A stretch of DNA of 64,000 nt from Candidatus Latescibacterota bacterium (GCA_963667175.2 CAXXXF010000012.1:64001-128000), one strand, 5' to 3'. Positions 27,235-37,801 are shown, counted from the first letter of the stretch. The notes: generated by a model from the sequence alone, not told the origin. Program-made: numbers and translations.

Positions 27235-30200
27235 AACGATACGTGGGTCTTCTTCATCTATACCGCACACCGCACCTGTCGCCGGCTCAGACCGACGCCC
27301 TGATCGGCCAGGTCAGAGAGACCATTTGTCACCGTGTTGCGCGGCTTGAAACCGAAGCCTGCTTCAATGTCGAACTGAAGGGTTCATTGACCGTCGTGGA
27401 ACGGGAGCGGCTCACCTGGCTCCTGAGCGAGACCTTCGAACCGGAAAAGTTCGGCCCAACGCCGTTTCTGGACGATGACGGCACGCTGATCGAGGTCGGT
27501 CCTCGACTGAACTTCAGCACGGCCTGGTCCACGAACGCCGTATCCGTCTGCCGCGCATGCGGTCTGACGGGAATCACTCGCATCGAACGCTCGAGGCGCT
27601 ATCTGCTGCGGCCCCGGCTGACGCACGAGCAGGAATCCGCATTCCTCGAACTGGTCCATGACCGCATGACCGAATGCAAATACCCCTCGCCGCTGGCCAC
27701 TTTCGAAACCGGCACACAACCGGTGCCCGTTTCCGAAGTACCGCTCATCCAGGAGGGCAGGCCGGCGCTGGAACGCATCAACACAACGTTGGGCCTGGCC
27801 TTCGACGAATGGGACCTCGACTATTATACGGACCTCTTTCTGGATCACTTCCGACGCAATCCCACGAACGTGGAGTGTTTCGACGTCGCCCAGTCCAACA
27901 GCGAACACTCGCGGCACTGGTTTTTTCGAGGCCGGCTGACGATCGACGGCGAAGAGATTCAGGAACATCTCCTGGGCATGATTCAACGGCCCCTGGCGGC
28001 CAACCCCGGCAACAGCGCGATCGCGTTCAGGGACAACGCCAGCGGCATCAGAGGGTATTCCGCAAGAACCATCCTGCCCGCCAGGCCCGGAGAACCGAGC
28101 CCTTTCGCCGCTTCCGAACGGAATTATGACATTGTCTTCACCGCTGAAACGCATAATTTTCCCACCGGAGTCGCGCCGTTCCCGGGCGCGGAAACCGGCA
28201 CGGGCGGCCGCATCCGGGACGTGCATGCCGTCGGTCGGGGCGGCCTTGTCGTCGCTGGTACCGCGGCCTACTGCGTGGGAAATCTCCGCATCCCCGGCTA
28301 TGAGACGCCATGGGAGGACCGGACGTTCGAATATCCCGGCAATCTGGCGTCTCCCGTCCGGATCGAGATCGAAGCCAGCAACGGCGCGTCCGACTACGGC
28401 AACAAATTCGGCGAGCCGCTCATTCAGGGCTATACCCGCGCATTTGGTCTGCGGCTGCCGAACGGACAGCGCCGCGAATGGATCAAACCCATCATGTTCA
28501 CCGGGGGCATCGGCCAGATCGACGCCCGCCACGCGACCAAGGGAAGCCCCAAAAACAAGATGTGGGTCGTCAAGCTCGGAGGTCCCGCGTACCGCATCGG
28601 GATGGGAGGCGGGGCGGCTTCGTCGATGGTGCAGGGCGAGAACACGGCCGAATTGGACTTCAACGCGGTACAGCGGGGCGACGCGGAAATGGAGCAGAAA
28701 GTAAACCGGGTCATCCGCGCCTGCGTGGAAATGGGCGAAGACAACCCCATCGTCAGCATCCACGACCAGGGGGCCGGCGGCAACTGCAACGTCCTCAAGG
28801 AAATCGTCGCGCCTGAAGGCGCCCGCATCGACGTTCGCGAGCTGCCCGTGGGCGACCGGTCGCTGTCCGTGCTGGAGATCTGGGGCGCCGAATACCAGGA
28901 AAACGACGCCCTGCTTCTGCATCCCCGGCACGCGGGCGCGTTCAAAGCCCTGTGCGGCCGCGAAAAGATACAGGCGGCCTTTGTGGGGCACGTCACCGGA
29001 AGCGGACGAATCGTCCTGTACGACGGCGATGACAACACCACCCCGGTTGACCTGGAACTGGACAAAGTGCTGGGCGACATGCCCCGGAAGCAATTCGAAC
29101 TCTACCGCAATCAACCCGAATTGGCCCCCCTCGAATTGCCCGAAGACGTCACCGTAAAGTCCGCATTGGAGAGGGTGTTGCGCCTCGTTTCGGTTGGCTC
29201 CAAACGGTTTCTGACCAACAAGGTCGACCGGAGCGTCACCGGACTGGTTGCTCGCCAGCAATGCGCGGGTCCGCTTCAGCTCACGGTTTCCGACGTCGCC
29301 GTGATCGCGCAGAGCCACTTCGGCGTCACCGGCGCCGCCACGGCCATCGGGGAGCAGCCCGTCATCGGTCTGTTGGACCCCGCGGCAATGGCCAGGATGA
29401 CCGTCGGAGAAGCACTGACCAATCTGGTATGGGCTCAGATAAGCTCACTGGAAGACGTCAAGTGCTCCGGAAACTGGATGTGGGCCGCGAAACTGCCGGG
29501 CGAAGGCGCCGCGCTATACGATGCGGCCAGATCCATGGTGGACATGATGCTTGAACTGGGTATCGCCATCGACGGCGGGAAAGACAGCCTGTCCATGGCC
29601 GCGCTGGCCCCCGGACCCGACGGGACCGAGGAGACCGTGACCGCGCCGGGCGCCCTGGTCGTTTCCGCTTATGTAACCTGTCCGGATGTCACCAGGGTTG
29701 TCACGCCGGACCTCAAACTCCCCGGAACCGGTCGCCTGCTCTTCATCGACCTGTCAGGCGGAAGAAACCGCCTCGGCGGTTCCGCCCTTGCCCAGGTGTA
29801 CAGCCAGATCGGCGATACGCCGCCCGACGTTGACGACCCCGGTCGGCTCAAACGCGCGTTCAACGCCATGCAGCGACTCATCGCCGAAAACACCGTTGCC
29901 GCGGGTCACGACCGTAGCGACGGCGGCATCGTCACCTGTCTGCTCGAAATGGCGTTTGCCGGAAATTGCGGCATCCGCATCGATCTTCCGGCGTCTTCAG
30001 ATCCGATCTCGTCCCTCTTTTCCGAGGAAACGGGCCTGGTATTCGAAGTACATGCCGAGAAAGCATCCCATGTTCTCGAAACTCTCGAGGCCGCGGACGT
30101 GCCCTGCATTCCCATTGGCGAAACCACGGAAGACTCGTCGGTACAGATCGCCGTGAACGGCCTGACCGTACTCGACGATGACATGGCGGACCTTCGCGAC

Positions 30201-31154
30201 CTGTGGGAGGAAACGAGCTACCGTCTCGAGCGGCTTCAGGCAGACCCGCAGTGCGTGGAACAGGAACGCCGCTCGCTGAGGCAGCGAGCGGCGCCCCGAT
30301 ACACGGTACCGTTCACGCCGGCGCTGACCGCGCCCGAGATTCTGGCGTCCCGGACAAAGGTTCCGGTTGCCATCGTCCGCGAGGAAGGCAGCAACGGCGA
30401 CCGTGAGATGGCCTCGGCGTTCCATGCGGCAGGTCTGGAGCCCTGGGACCTGACCATGTCGGACCTTCAGGAAGACCGGGTCCGACTGGATGCCTTTCGC
30501 GGCATCGCGTTTGTCGGGGGATTCAGTTACGGGGACGTCCTGGATTCCGCCAAGGGATGGGCGGGAGTCATCCGGTTCAGTCCGGGGCTGCGCGACCAGT
30601 TTCAATCGTTCTACGAACGGCCGGACACCTTCAGCCTGGGCGTCTGCAACGGCTGCCAGCTGATGGCCCTGCTCGGATGGGTACCCCGACCGGGCATCGA
30701 AACCTGGAGTCAGCCTCGATTCATCCAGAATACATCCGGGCGTTTCGAGTCACGTTTCGTCACGGTACAGATCCAGGAGAGTCCGGCGGTAATGCTCAGA
30801 GACATGCGAGGCGCCACCCTGGGAATATGGGTTGCGCACGGTGAGGGTCGAATCCATTTCCCGGACGCTGAAACGCTGGAAGGGGTCATCCAGGAAAGCC
30901 TGGCCCCCATCCGGTACGTCGACGACGCCAATCGAATCAGTGAAGCCTATCCGTTCAATCCCAACGGCTCTCCCCTTGGCATCGCCGCCCTCTGTTCCCC
31001 GGACGGTCGCCACCTGGCGATGATGCCGCACCCGGAGAGGACGTTCCTGAAATGGCAGTGGGGCTGGATGCCGGAATCCTGGAAGAGGCGCCTTATCGCT
31101 TCGCCCTGGCTGCAGCTTTTTCAGAATGCCCGGAAGTGGTGCGAGGAAAGGTAG
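27210..31154 (+). CDS. purL: Phosphoribosylformylglycinamidine synthase, large single-chain PurL
   Basis: NSEHSRHWFF, ETHNFPT, HDQGAGG, GGKDSLSM, GGFSYGD, GVCNGCQ, MMPHPER; alternative GTG start at 27243. Confidence 0.96.
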   Translation: MDSVGKELKRYVGLLHLYRTPHLSPAQTDALIGQVRETICHRVARLETEACFNVELKGSLTVVERERLTWLLSETFEPEKFGPTPFLDDDGTLIEVGPRLNFSTAWSTNAVSVCRACGLTGITRIERSRRYLLRPRLTHEQESAFLELVHDRMTECKYPSPLATFETGTQPVPVSEVPLIQEGRPALERINTTLGLAFDEWDLDYYTDLFLDHFRRNPTNVECFDVAQSNSEHSRHWFFRGRLTIDGEEIQEHLLGMIQRPLAANPGNSAIAFRDNASGIRGYSARTILPARPGEPSPFAASERNYDIVFTAETHNFPTGVAPFPGAETGTGGRIRDVHAVGRGGLVVAGTAAYCVGNLRIPGYETPWEDRTFEYPGNLASPVRIEIEASNGASDYGNKFGEPLIQGYTRAFGLRLPNGQRREWIKPIMFTGGIGQIDARHATKGSPKNKMWVVKLGGPAYRIGMGGGAASSMVQGENTAELDFNAVQRGDAEMEQKVNRVIRACVEMGEDNPIVSIHDQGAGGNCNVLKEIVAPEGARIDVRELPVGDRSLSVLEIWGAEYQENDALLLHPRHAGAFKALCGREKIQAAFVGHVTGSGRIVLYDGDDNTTPVDLELDKVLGDMPRKQFELYRNQPELAPLELPEDVTVKSALERVLRLVSVGSKRFLTNKVDRSVTGLVARQQCAGPLQLTVSDVAVIAQSHFGVTGAATAIGEQPVIGLLDPAAMARMTVGEALTNLVWAQISSLEDVKCSGNWMWAAKLPGEGAALYDAARSMVDMMLELGIAIDGGKDSLSMAALAPGPDGTEETVTAPGALVVSAYVTCPDVTRVVTPDLKLPGTGRLLFIDLSGGRNRLGGSALAQVYSQIGDTPPDVDDPGRLKRAFNAMQRLIAENTVAAGHDRSDGGIVTCLLEMAFAGNCGIRIDLPASSDPISSLFSEETGLVFEVHAEKASHVLETLEAADVPCIPIGETTEDSSVQIAVNGLTVLDDDMADLRDLWEETSYRLERLQADPQCVEQERRSLRQRAAPRYTVPFTPALTAPEILASRTKVPVAIVREEGSNGDREMASAFHAAGLEPWDLTMSDLQEDRVRLDAFRGIAFVGGFSYGDVLDSAKGWAGVIRFSPGLRDQFQSFYERPDTFSLGVCNGCQLMALLGWVPRPGIETWSQPRFIQNTSGRFESRFVTVQIQESPAVMLRDMRGATLGIWVAHGEGRIHFPDAETLEGVIQESLAPIRYVDDANRISEAYPFNPNGSPLGIAALCSPDGRHLAMMPHPERTFLKWQWGWMPESWKRRLIASPWLQLFQNARKWCEER

Positions 31155-31268
31155 GAAAGAACAGGAGACGTTACGAGGGGTGGACGGGCCGGCGCCGTCA
31201 CGTCCGGGAGGTCGATTGCGACAACCGGAGGACGCGACAGGGTGATAGACCGCAGACAGGGAGGCGGG

Positions 31269-32168
31269 ATGCCTGCAACGGTTCTGGATGGAAAGAGACT
31301 CGCCGGACAGATTGAATTCGATCTGAAACAACGGGTGGCGCGCATCCGGGACCGTACGGACGGCATGGTCCCCGTACTGGCCACCATTCTGGTGGGAGAC
31401 GACCCGGCCTCGGCCACCTATGTGCGAATGAAAGGAAACGCCTGCAAACGGGTGGGCATGGATTCAGTTCGAGTCCTGCTGCAGGAAGAAACGACCACGC
31501 GCCAACTCCTGGCCGAAATCGACAGGCTCAACGCGGACCCCCGCGTGCACGGAATTCTTCTGCAGCATCCGGCGCCCGCCCATATTCACGAGCGGACGTG
31601 CTTTGACCGGATCTCGCCCCGCAAAGACGTGGACGGCGTCACGGCGCACGGCTTCGGCCTGATGGCGATGGGCGCCTCGGCCTACGGCGCGGCGACACCC
31701 GCGGGTATCATGAAGCTTCTCCTGCATTACGATATCCCACTGGAGGGCAGAAACGCCGTTGTGGTCGGTCGGAGCCCCATTCTGGGCAAACCAATGGCCA
31801 TGATGCTGCTGAATGCGAACGCCACCGTGACCATTTGTCATTCCAGAACCCGGAATCTGCCATGCATTGTGCGTGGGGCCGACATTGTCGTCGGGGCGGT
31901 CGGGAGACCGGAGTTCATCAGGGCCGACTGGATCGCGGACGACGCGGTCGTCATCGACGCCGGTTACCATCCGGGGCCGGTCGGCGACGTGGAACTCTCT
32001 ACTGTCGTGGACCGATGCGCGGCTTACACGCCCGTACCCGGTGGCGTCGGGCCGATGACCATTGCCACCCTGATCGCCCAGACGGTGAAATCCGCGGAAG
32101 CGCGGAATCCCGGGGTCGGGCCAGCGGACGAAAACGAATGCGCACAGGCATCCTGTCACGCGACGTGA
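31269..32168 (+). CDS. folD: Bifunctional methylene-THF dehydrogenase/cyclohydrolase
   Basis: [30 protein letters not shown]. Confidence 0.95.
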   Translation: MPATVLDGKRLAGQIEFDLKQRVARIRDRTDGMVPVLATILVGDDPASATYVRMKGNACKRVGMDSVRVLLQEETTTRQLLAEIDRLNADPRVHGILLQHPAPAHIHERTCFDRISPRKDVDGVTAHGFGLMAMGASAYGAATPAGIMKLLLHYDIPLEGRNAVVVGRSPILGKPMAMMLLNANATVTICHSRTRNLPCIVRGADIVVGAVGRPEFIRADWIADDAVVIDAGYHPGPVGDVELSTVVDRCAAYTPVPGGVGPMTIATLIAQTVKSAEARNPGVGPADENECAQASCHAT

Positions 32169-32198
32169 CGCCGCCTGCACACGCCGGGTGTGTCGGAC

Positions 32199-35100
32199 TC
32201 ATCCGCCGGTTTCCGCGCGGCCTGCCTTCAGCATTCGAATCACCAGAAGCGTGATATCGTCGGGCTGAGACGCCTCTGCCTTGAAACGGTACACGTCCTC
32301 GAGGATCACCGAGACCAGATCCGCGGCGCCCGCCTGAACGTGCGCCTTGATGGTCTGTTCCAGACGATCCGTCTCGTAGAATTCCCCTGCCGCGTTCCTC
32401 ATATCCGTTACACCGTCGCTGTAGAACACCAGCAAGTCGTCCGGCGCGACGCGGATGGCGGCCTCCGCGTGCCCCCCGGGGCTTCCCGGGGGCAACACGA
32501 TGCCCAGGGGAATGGACGGCAGGCAGATTTCGCGCAACTCCTGAGCGCTGGCGGAATAGTGATACGGAAAGGGATGGGCGGCATTGATCAGTTGTACGCA
32601 CCGTGTGTCGAGGTCCAGCGTGCCGAGGCAGCAGGTGACGAAACTGGCCTCGTCCATCTGCTCTCTCAAATCCTCGTCCAGGCGCACCGCAACTTCGTTC
32701 AGCGGCCTCCGGCCTCGAAATTCGTACCTGAAGATTCCGCTTAACTGCATCGCACGAACCGCGGCCTCCATCGCCTTTCCCGATACGTCCGCCGCGCCGA
32801 AGCCCAGCGTACGCTCGTCCAGCCAGAAATAATTGAAGTAGTCGCCGCCAACGTGGTTCGCCGGCGCGCAGACCCCCGCGATTTCAAAGGATTCGTCGCG
32901 GATCGGGCCTGTGGGCAGCAGACCCATCTGCATCCTGTGTGCCTGCTGCAACTCGGATTCGAGCTCCTGAATCTGCCGCGCCTGGTCCTCCTGCCATCGT
33001 CGATGACGGTGCAGCGCGTAGCCGGACGATACGCAGAGGGCCACGAAAGAGAACACACTGAGCGCGACGAACCACGGCCTCTGCCAGACCGGCGCCAGAA
33101 CCACGAAGGCGCGGCGAGCCGGTGTCGGATCTACATTGAATCCCCGGTCCATCGCACGCACCTCGAATGTGTGAGGTCCCGGGTCCACGCGGCCAAGGAG
33201 CGCCTGGTCCTCGCCCGAAAACACCGACCAGTCGCCGCCGTCCACCCGCCAGGCGTATTTCAGTTCCCGTGTAGGGGTCTCCTTCCATGCATCCTGACCG
33301 GAGAACTTGAACAACACACTCTGGTAAGGCGCCACTTCGTTGGAAGGCATGGAGAGCGTTGTCTCCGGCGCCGTCGCATCCCTCGTGTAGCATCCCAACC
33401 CCCTATCCGTTGCAAACCAGAATCGACCGTGCCTGTCCTGTGCGATGTCCCACACACTGGCGCCTGGCAGGCCGCTGCGCGTCGTGTATCGCGTCCATGT
33501 CTCCCCATCGGTTTGGACGGCGCCTATTGCAAGCGACGCCAGCCAGAGTATGCCGTCGTCATCCACGAATAGCCTGTGCGCCCCGCCGAAAACGGTCTGG
33601 TCTCCGCTCGGAACGGCCTCCCACGCACCCTGATGGTACCGAAACATGCCCTTAAAGCGGGTGGCGGCCCATACGGCGCCCTGGGCTTCCGCCAGTGCGA
33701 TAACCGGTTCATCGGGCAACCCGTGGACAGTGCCAAACGTCCTTCGTTCGCCGTCTTTCTCCAGAACCACATTGGCGGCGGCGCCAAGCCAGAGGGCGCC
33801 ATCGCCTGACTCGTATACCGCATTCACCCCTCCTGAAACCCCGGGCGTATGCGCGGACCATTCCTCCCCGTCGAATCGAAACAGCCCGGCGCGCGTGCCA
33901 ACCCAGGTCCCGCCGGAACGCGCGGGAAAGATAGACAGAATCCGCGACCCGGGGCCCGACGTGGGCAGTCCGAATTCCTTCCAATAGACGCCGTCAAACC
34001 GCAACACACGCCGGCCGACGGCGGCCCAGAGCGTGCCGGCCCGTCCTTTTTTCAGCGCCACGACGCGCCCGGGCCTTCGGCGGCCGTCCCTCCGAATCCG
34101 GTACGCCTCGTTCCAGTTGGCGCCGTCAAATTCGTAGACCCTTTCTCCGGTGGCCGCCCACAAACGGCCGTCCGCCGTACGTTCAAGGGCCACACCGCCA
34201 CGGTCGGACGCGCCCGCCCACCGGGTGTGGTGGTCCCAGCCGGTGGCGCCGTATCGCGCCACACCCCATGCCGTTCCCACCCAGACGGAACCGTCCGTGC
34301 TCGTGCAGACGGACGTCACCAGATTGCTGGGAAGCCCGTTCTCCTCCGTAAAGACCTGAAGAACCCGACCGCGGTCCCCGGCCTGCGATTCACTTCCGGA
34401 TGCCGGGAACCGCACGACACCCCCCACGGTTCCCACCCAGACCGACCCGTCGGGCGCCGCGGCCACTGACAATACCCGATCCGCCGGCAGTCCGTCCTCC
34501 ACCGTGAATCCCTGCCAATGTAAACCGTCGTAACGCATGACGCCGCGATTCAGCGTACCCAGCCAGACGGCGCCGTCGACCGCCTGGGCCATGGCCGTGA
34601 CCGCTCCACCCGCCAGTTCTCGAGGCGGGACGACGTCCACCCATTCATTGGTTGTCGGGTCGAACCGGCTCATGCCCCCACCACGTCCCCGCCTTGACCG
34701 TGGCGGAGACGGCACACCCCGACGCCGGCCCGTGTACGCGGCCCATACGGCGCCGTCTTTCAACCGCAAGAGGCATTGCACATTGTTTGACGCAAGCCCG
34801 TCCCCTTCATCGATCGTCTTCCATTCGTCACCGGTATAGTGAAGTATTCCCATACCCCCGGTGGCAAAGCACAGGCCGCCTCCGCCGACGCCGATCACCG
34901 GCCCCACGTTCACGTCCGCGAGGTTTCCGGGCAATTCGACCGGCTCCCAGCGGTCCCCGGCCAGCCGGGCGACGTGGTTTTCAATCTGCCCGCGAAAACC
35001 GAGTCCTCCAGTGGCCCACAGGACGCCATCCTCGGCTTCGTACAGTTCACTGAAACCGTTGCCGGGCAATCCCTGCGTTTCGCTAAACGTCCGCCAGGTC

Positions 35101-35294
35101 CTTCCGTCGTATCGGGAGATACCCCCGCGCGTGGCAAACCACATTGCGCCGTCTTTCGCCTGCACGACCGCGGTCACGACGTTGTGGGCAAGCCCGTCGT
35201 CCTGCTGGTACACCACCCAATCCGTCATCGCACGCGACGCCACGGCCGGCGACGCCATAAACAGTAGTATCAGGCCGAAACTCAAGCGAGTCAT
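32199..35294 (-). CDS. Sensor phosphatase: beta-propeller repeats + Y_Y_Y/Fn3-like domain + TM + SpoIIE (PP2C)
   Basis: Signal peptide; repeated DGL..N.V / DG.lW.gT..G motifs; PWF TM; VGGDYF, ADVSGK, NAAHP, YSDGVTD, DDITL. Confidence 0.9.
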   Translation of the reverse strand: MTRLSFGLILLFMASPAVASRAMTDWVVYQQDDGLAHNVVTAVVQAKDGAMWFATRGGISRYDGRTWRTFSETQGLPGNGFSELYEAEDGVLWATGGLGFRGQIENHVARLAGDRWEPVELPGNLADVNVGPVIGVGGGGLCFATGGMGILHYTGDEWKTIDEGDGLASNNVQCLLRLKDGAVWAAYTGRRRGVPSPPRSRRGRGGGMSRFDPTTNEWVDVVPPRELAGGAVTAMAQAVDGAVWLGTLNRGVMRYDGLHWQGFTVEDGLPADRVLSVAAAPDGSVWVGTVGGVVRFPASGSESQAGDRGRVLQVFTEENGLPSNLVTSVCTSTDGSVWVGTAWGVARYGATGWDHHTRWAGASDRGGVALERTADGRLWAATGERVYEFDGANWNEAYRIRRDGRRRPGRVVALKKGRAGTLWAAVGRRVLRFDGVYWKEFGLPTSGPGSRILSIFPARSGGTWVGTRAGLFRFDGEEWSAHTPGVSGGVNAVYESGDGALWLGAAANVVLEKDGERRTFGTVHGLPDEPVIALAEAQGAVWAATRFKGMFRYHQGAWEAVPSGDQTVFGGAHRLFVDDDGILWLASLAIGAVQTDGETWTRYTTRSGLPGASVWDIAQDRHGRFWFATDRGLGCYTRDATAPETTLSMPSNEVAPYQSVLFKFSGQDAWKETPTRELKYAWRVDGGDWSVFSGEDQALLGRVDPGPHTFEVRAMDRGFNVDPTPARRAFVVLAPVWQRPWFVALSVFSFVALCVSSGYALHRHRRWQEDQARQIQELESELQQAHRMQMGLLPTGPIRDESFEIAGVCAPANHVGGDYFNYFWLDERTLGFGAADVSGKAMEAAVRAMQLSGIFRYEFRGRRPLNEVAVRLDEDLREQMDEASFVTCCLGTLDLDTRCVQLINAAHPFPYHYSASAQELREICLPSIPLGIVLPPGSPGGHAEAAIRVAPDDLLVFYSDGVTDMRNAAGEFYETDRLEQTIKAHVQAGAADLVSVILEDVYRFKAEASQPDDITLLVIRMLKAGRAETGG

Positions 35295-35463
35295 CTCTGC
35301 TGTTGCTCCTGCGTCGAGATGGGAGCGGCCCCAAAACGAAGCCCGGCGGGGCGCGCCGGGACCGCGGAGACCCGGAACCGGGATCCCGAATTCCCTTGAT
35401 ACCCAAAATGCGACGGCCGCCCGAAAACAGGCGACCGTCATCCACGTCGATCGACAGCGGATC

Positions 35464-36078
35464 TCAGAAACCTGTCACTGCGTCGACTTCCTGGATGATT
35501 CCGATGACGTCATGCAAAACGTCTACCGGTTTCTGGTCTCCGTCTACGCGACGTATCACCTCTGCGGGATAATAGTCCAGCAGAGGCGCGGTCTCCCGCT
35601 CGAATTCGCGCATCCGGCGCCTGATGACGGCTTCGCTGGCATCGTCGAGCCGGTTCTCTCTGAGCGCTCTACGAAGCGCGCGTTCAACCAGGACGTTGTC
35701 GTCGGCTGTATCCAGATGAATAAGCAGATTGACTTCGATATAGTTGACCATCATTTCGGCCTGGCGCAGATTGCGCGGGATGCCGTCGAGAACGAGCACT
35801 TCCTCTTCAGGTCGAAAACCGCCGTTGTGGATGGCGCCTCGAATGTGGTCCAGCCACAGTTGCACCGTGAACTGGTCCGGAACCAGCCGGCCCTTGCCGG
35901 AATAGGCCAGAAATATCTTGCCCAACTCGCTGCCCGGATCCAGCGACCTGAAAACGTCTCCGCAGGCCAGGTGGTGGAATCCCGGTATCCTTCCCAAGAT
36001 TTTCCCCTGCGTTCCCTTGCCCGATCCGGGTGCGCCGACGACCAGAATCGTCCGATGCTTCTCCCGTCGATCCATCAT
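35464..36078 (-). CDS. adk: Adenylate kinase (short, LID-less type)
   Basis: GAPGSGKGTQ, GDVFR, LVPD, LDGIPR, R..R..R.DD. Confidence 0.82.
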   Translation of the reverse strand: MMDRREKHRTILVVGAPGSGKGTQGKILGRIPGFHHLACGDVFRSLDPGSELGKIFLAYSGKGRLVPDQFTVQLWLDHIRGAIHNGGFRPEEEVLVLDGIPRNLRQAEMMVNYIEVNLLIHLDTADDNVLVERALRRALRENRLDDASEAVIRRRMREFERETAPLLDYYPAEVIRRVDGDQKPVDVLHDVIGIIQEVDAVTGF

Positions 36079-36119
36079 TCCCCCGCTCGTCGATACGTCC
36101 AGGCCTTCGCCCTTCCGAT

Positions 36120-37031
36120 TCACTCATACGACGCATTCGCTCGCAGCTTTCCCATCTTTGCCAGCACGGTCTTCAACGCTTGCAGGTCGCTGCCCGACAG
36201 ACGCCTCACGGGTTGACGGGGCGGCCCTCCACAGGCGCCGACGAGGTCTGCCCCGGCCTTGAGCATCGCCGGATGGGTTCCAAGCGAAAACGCGGACCTC
36301 AACGGCGCCAGCCGCAACTGAAATTCCAGCGCGCCGTCCGTGTCTCCCGCCCGGAACCGCTCGTAAACGCCAACCCCGAGTTCAGGCGCCACGTTGGCGC
36401 TTGCGGCAATTGCCCCTGCGGCGCCGTGAACGAGGGCGGCGTAGATCAGCGTGTCGCGGCCCATAATCACGCGAAAGCCCTCCGGGGCGATCCGAAGGTA
36501 CTCGAGTGTACGGGAAAAGTCGCCCGAACTTTCCTTGATTCCGATAATGTTGCCGAATGCCGCCGCCAGCCGCATGACCAGATCTACCGAAAGGCTGTTT
36601 CCCGTTCTGTCCGGGAGATCGTACAAGAGCACGGGCAGGTCCACCGCCCGCGCGATGGCGGCAAAGTGGTCGTACATTTCGCCCGGACCGGGCGTGACAA
36701 AGTAGGGCGTGAGCACCGAAAGGCAATCGGCGCCCGCCTCCTGCGCCGCTTCGGCCAGCCGCACGGCTTCGGCCGTGCAATTCGCCGAAGTACCCGCGTA
36801 AACCGGCGCCCGTCCGGCGGTATAATTCACGGTCCACTCGTAGAGCCGAATCTTCTCTTCCACACTCAAAGCCCAGGACTCTCCGGCGGTACCCCCTGCA
36901 TATACGCCATGCGCCCCCGCGTCGATCACGTAATTCAGCAGGCGCTCAAGGCCCGCTTCATCCAGTGCTTCATCGCAGGTCATCGGGGTAATCAGTGCCG
37001 GAATCAGCCCACGCACAAACGTGGTATCCAT
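36120..37031 (-). CDS. DapA-like class I aldolase (DHDPS/NAL family)
   Basis: PALITP, GTAGE, LLYDLP, GIKESSGD (Schiff-base Lys). Confidence 0.88.
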   Translation of the reverse strand: MDTTFVRGLIPALITPMTCDEALDEAGLERLLNYVIDAGAHGVYAGGTAGESWALSVEEKIRLYEWTVNYTAGRAPVYAGTSANCTAEAVRLAEAAQEAGADCLSVLTPYFVTPGPGEMYDHFAAIARAVDLPVLLYDLPDRTGNSLSVDLVMRLAAAFGNIIGIKESSGDFSRTLEYLRIAPEGFRVIMGRDTLIYAALVHGAAGAIAASANVAPELGVGVYERFRAGDTDGALEFQLRLAPLRSAFSLGTHPAMLKAGADLVGACGGPPRQPVRRLSGSDLQALKTVLAKMGKLRANASYE

Positions 37032-37090
37032 TCCCTCACTCGTTCGTGTTTCGCCGCGCTTTTTCAGGTGGAAGGACTCACGCAACATAT

Positions 37091-37119
37091 AGTATACCAA
37101 CCTTTCTGAAAGATGTCAA
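37091..37119 (-). promoter_or_regulatory. Strong sigma70 promoter of the dapA-like/adk operon
   Basis: TTGACA-17bp-TATACT with extended -10 TG. Confidence 0.8.
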
Positions 37120-37146
37120 ACCGAACCTGCCAGGAATCTTTTGATC

Positions 37147-37175
37147 TTGACTTTATTCAAAAAAGACCTTAATTT
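37147..37175 (+). promoter_or_regulatory. Sigma70-type promoter of greA
   Basis: TTGACT-17bp-TAATTT. Confidence 0.65.
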
Positions 37176-37327
37176 TGAGCACCTTAGCGTCCATTTTCGG
37201 ATTCGCCAAATTCGAATTCGGCGTACGTAGCGGGGCTGTCCCCGGTTCCGAACCCTCGACGTTTTTTTCGAAAATTTCAGGGCGCGTGAGTCCCTGCGAA
37301 TCGCAATCGAGGAAGTGAGACAGGACA

Positions 37328-37801
37328 ATGGATCGGCTTTACCTCACGAAAGACGGCTACAACAAGATCCGGAACGAACTGGAGCGTCTCAGAACCCGGG
37401 AACGGCCGGCGGTTATCGAGGCCATCGCCAGGGCCCGGGAACACGGAGATCTGAGTGAGAACGCGGAATACCACAGCGCGAAAGAGCGTCAGATGTTCGT
37501 CGAAAAGAAGATCGCCGAACTCCAGGACAAGCTGGTCAGGTCTGAAATCATCGACGAAAGCCTGATGGCCAAGGACAAGGCATATCTTGGCGCTACGGTC
37601 ACGTTGAAGGACCGCAGGACCGGCGAGCAGATCCGGTATACGCTTGTATCCACCGACGAGGCCGATTTCGAACAGAACAAGATTTCAACACAATCCCCCG
37701 TGGGCCGGGCGCTTCTGGGCAAAGGCGTTGGAGAGCAGGTGGAAGCAAAGGTTCCCGTGGGTACGCTGGCGTACGAAATTCTGGACATCAGCAGAAACTG
37801 A
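37328..37801 (+). CDS. greA: Transcription elongation factor GreA
   Basis: AREHGDLSENAEY, SPVGRALLGK. Confidence 0.96.
   Translation: MDRLYLTKDGYNKIRNELERLRTRERPAVIEAIARAREHGDLSENAEYHSAKERQMFVEKKIAELQDKLVRSEIIDESLMAKDKAYLGATVTLKDRRTGEQIRYTLVSTDEADFEQNKISTQSPVGRALLGKGVGEQVEAKVPVGTLAYEILDISRN

Noticed and set aside
31155-31268. Possible ZMP/ZTP or THF riboswitch before folD
   Set aside because: Conserved riboswitch motifs not found by eye
33400-35250. Repeats within the propeller gene as a CRISPR or tandem array
   Set aside because: Protein-level propeller blades with diverged DNA; no identical repeat-spacer structure
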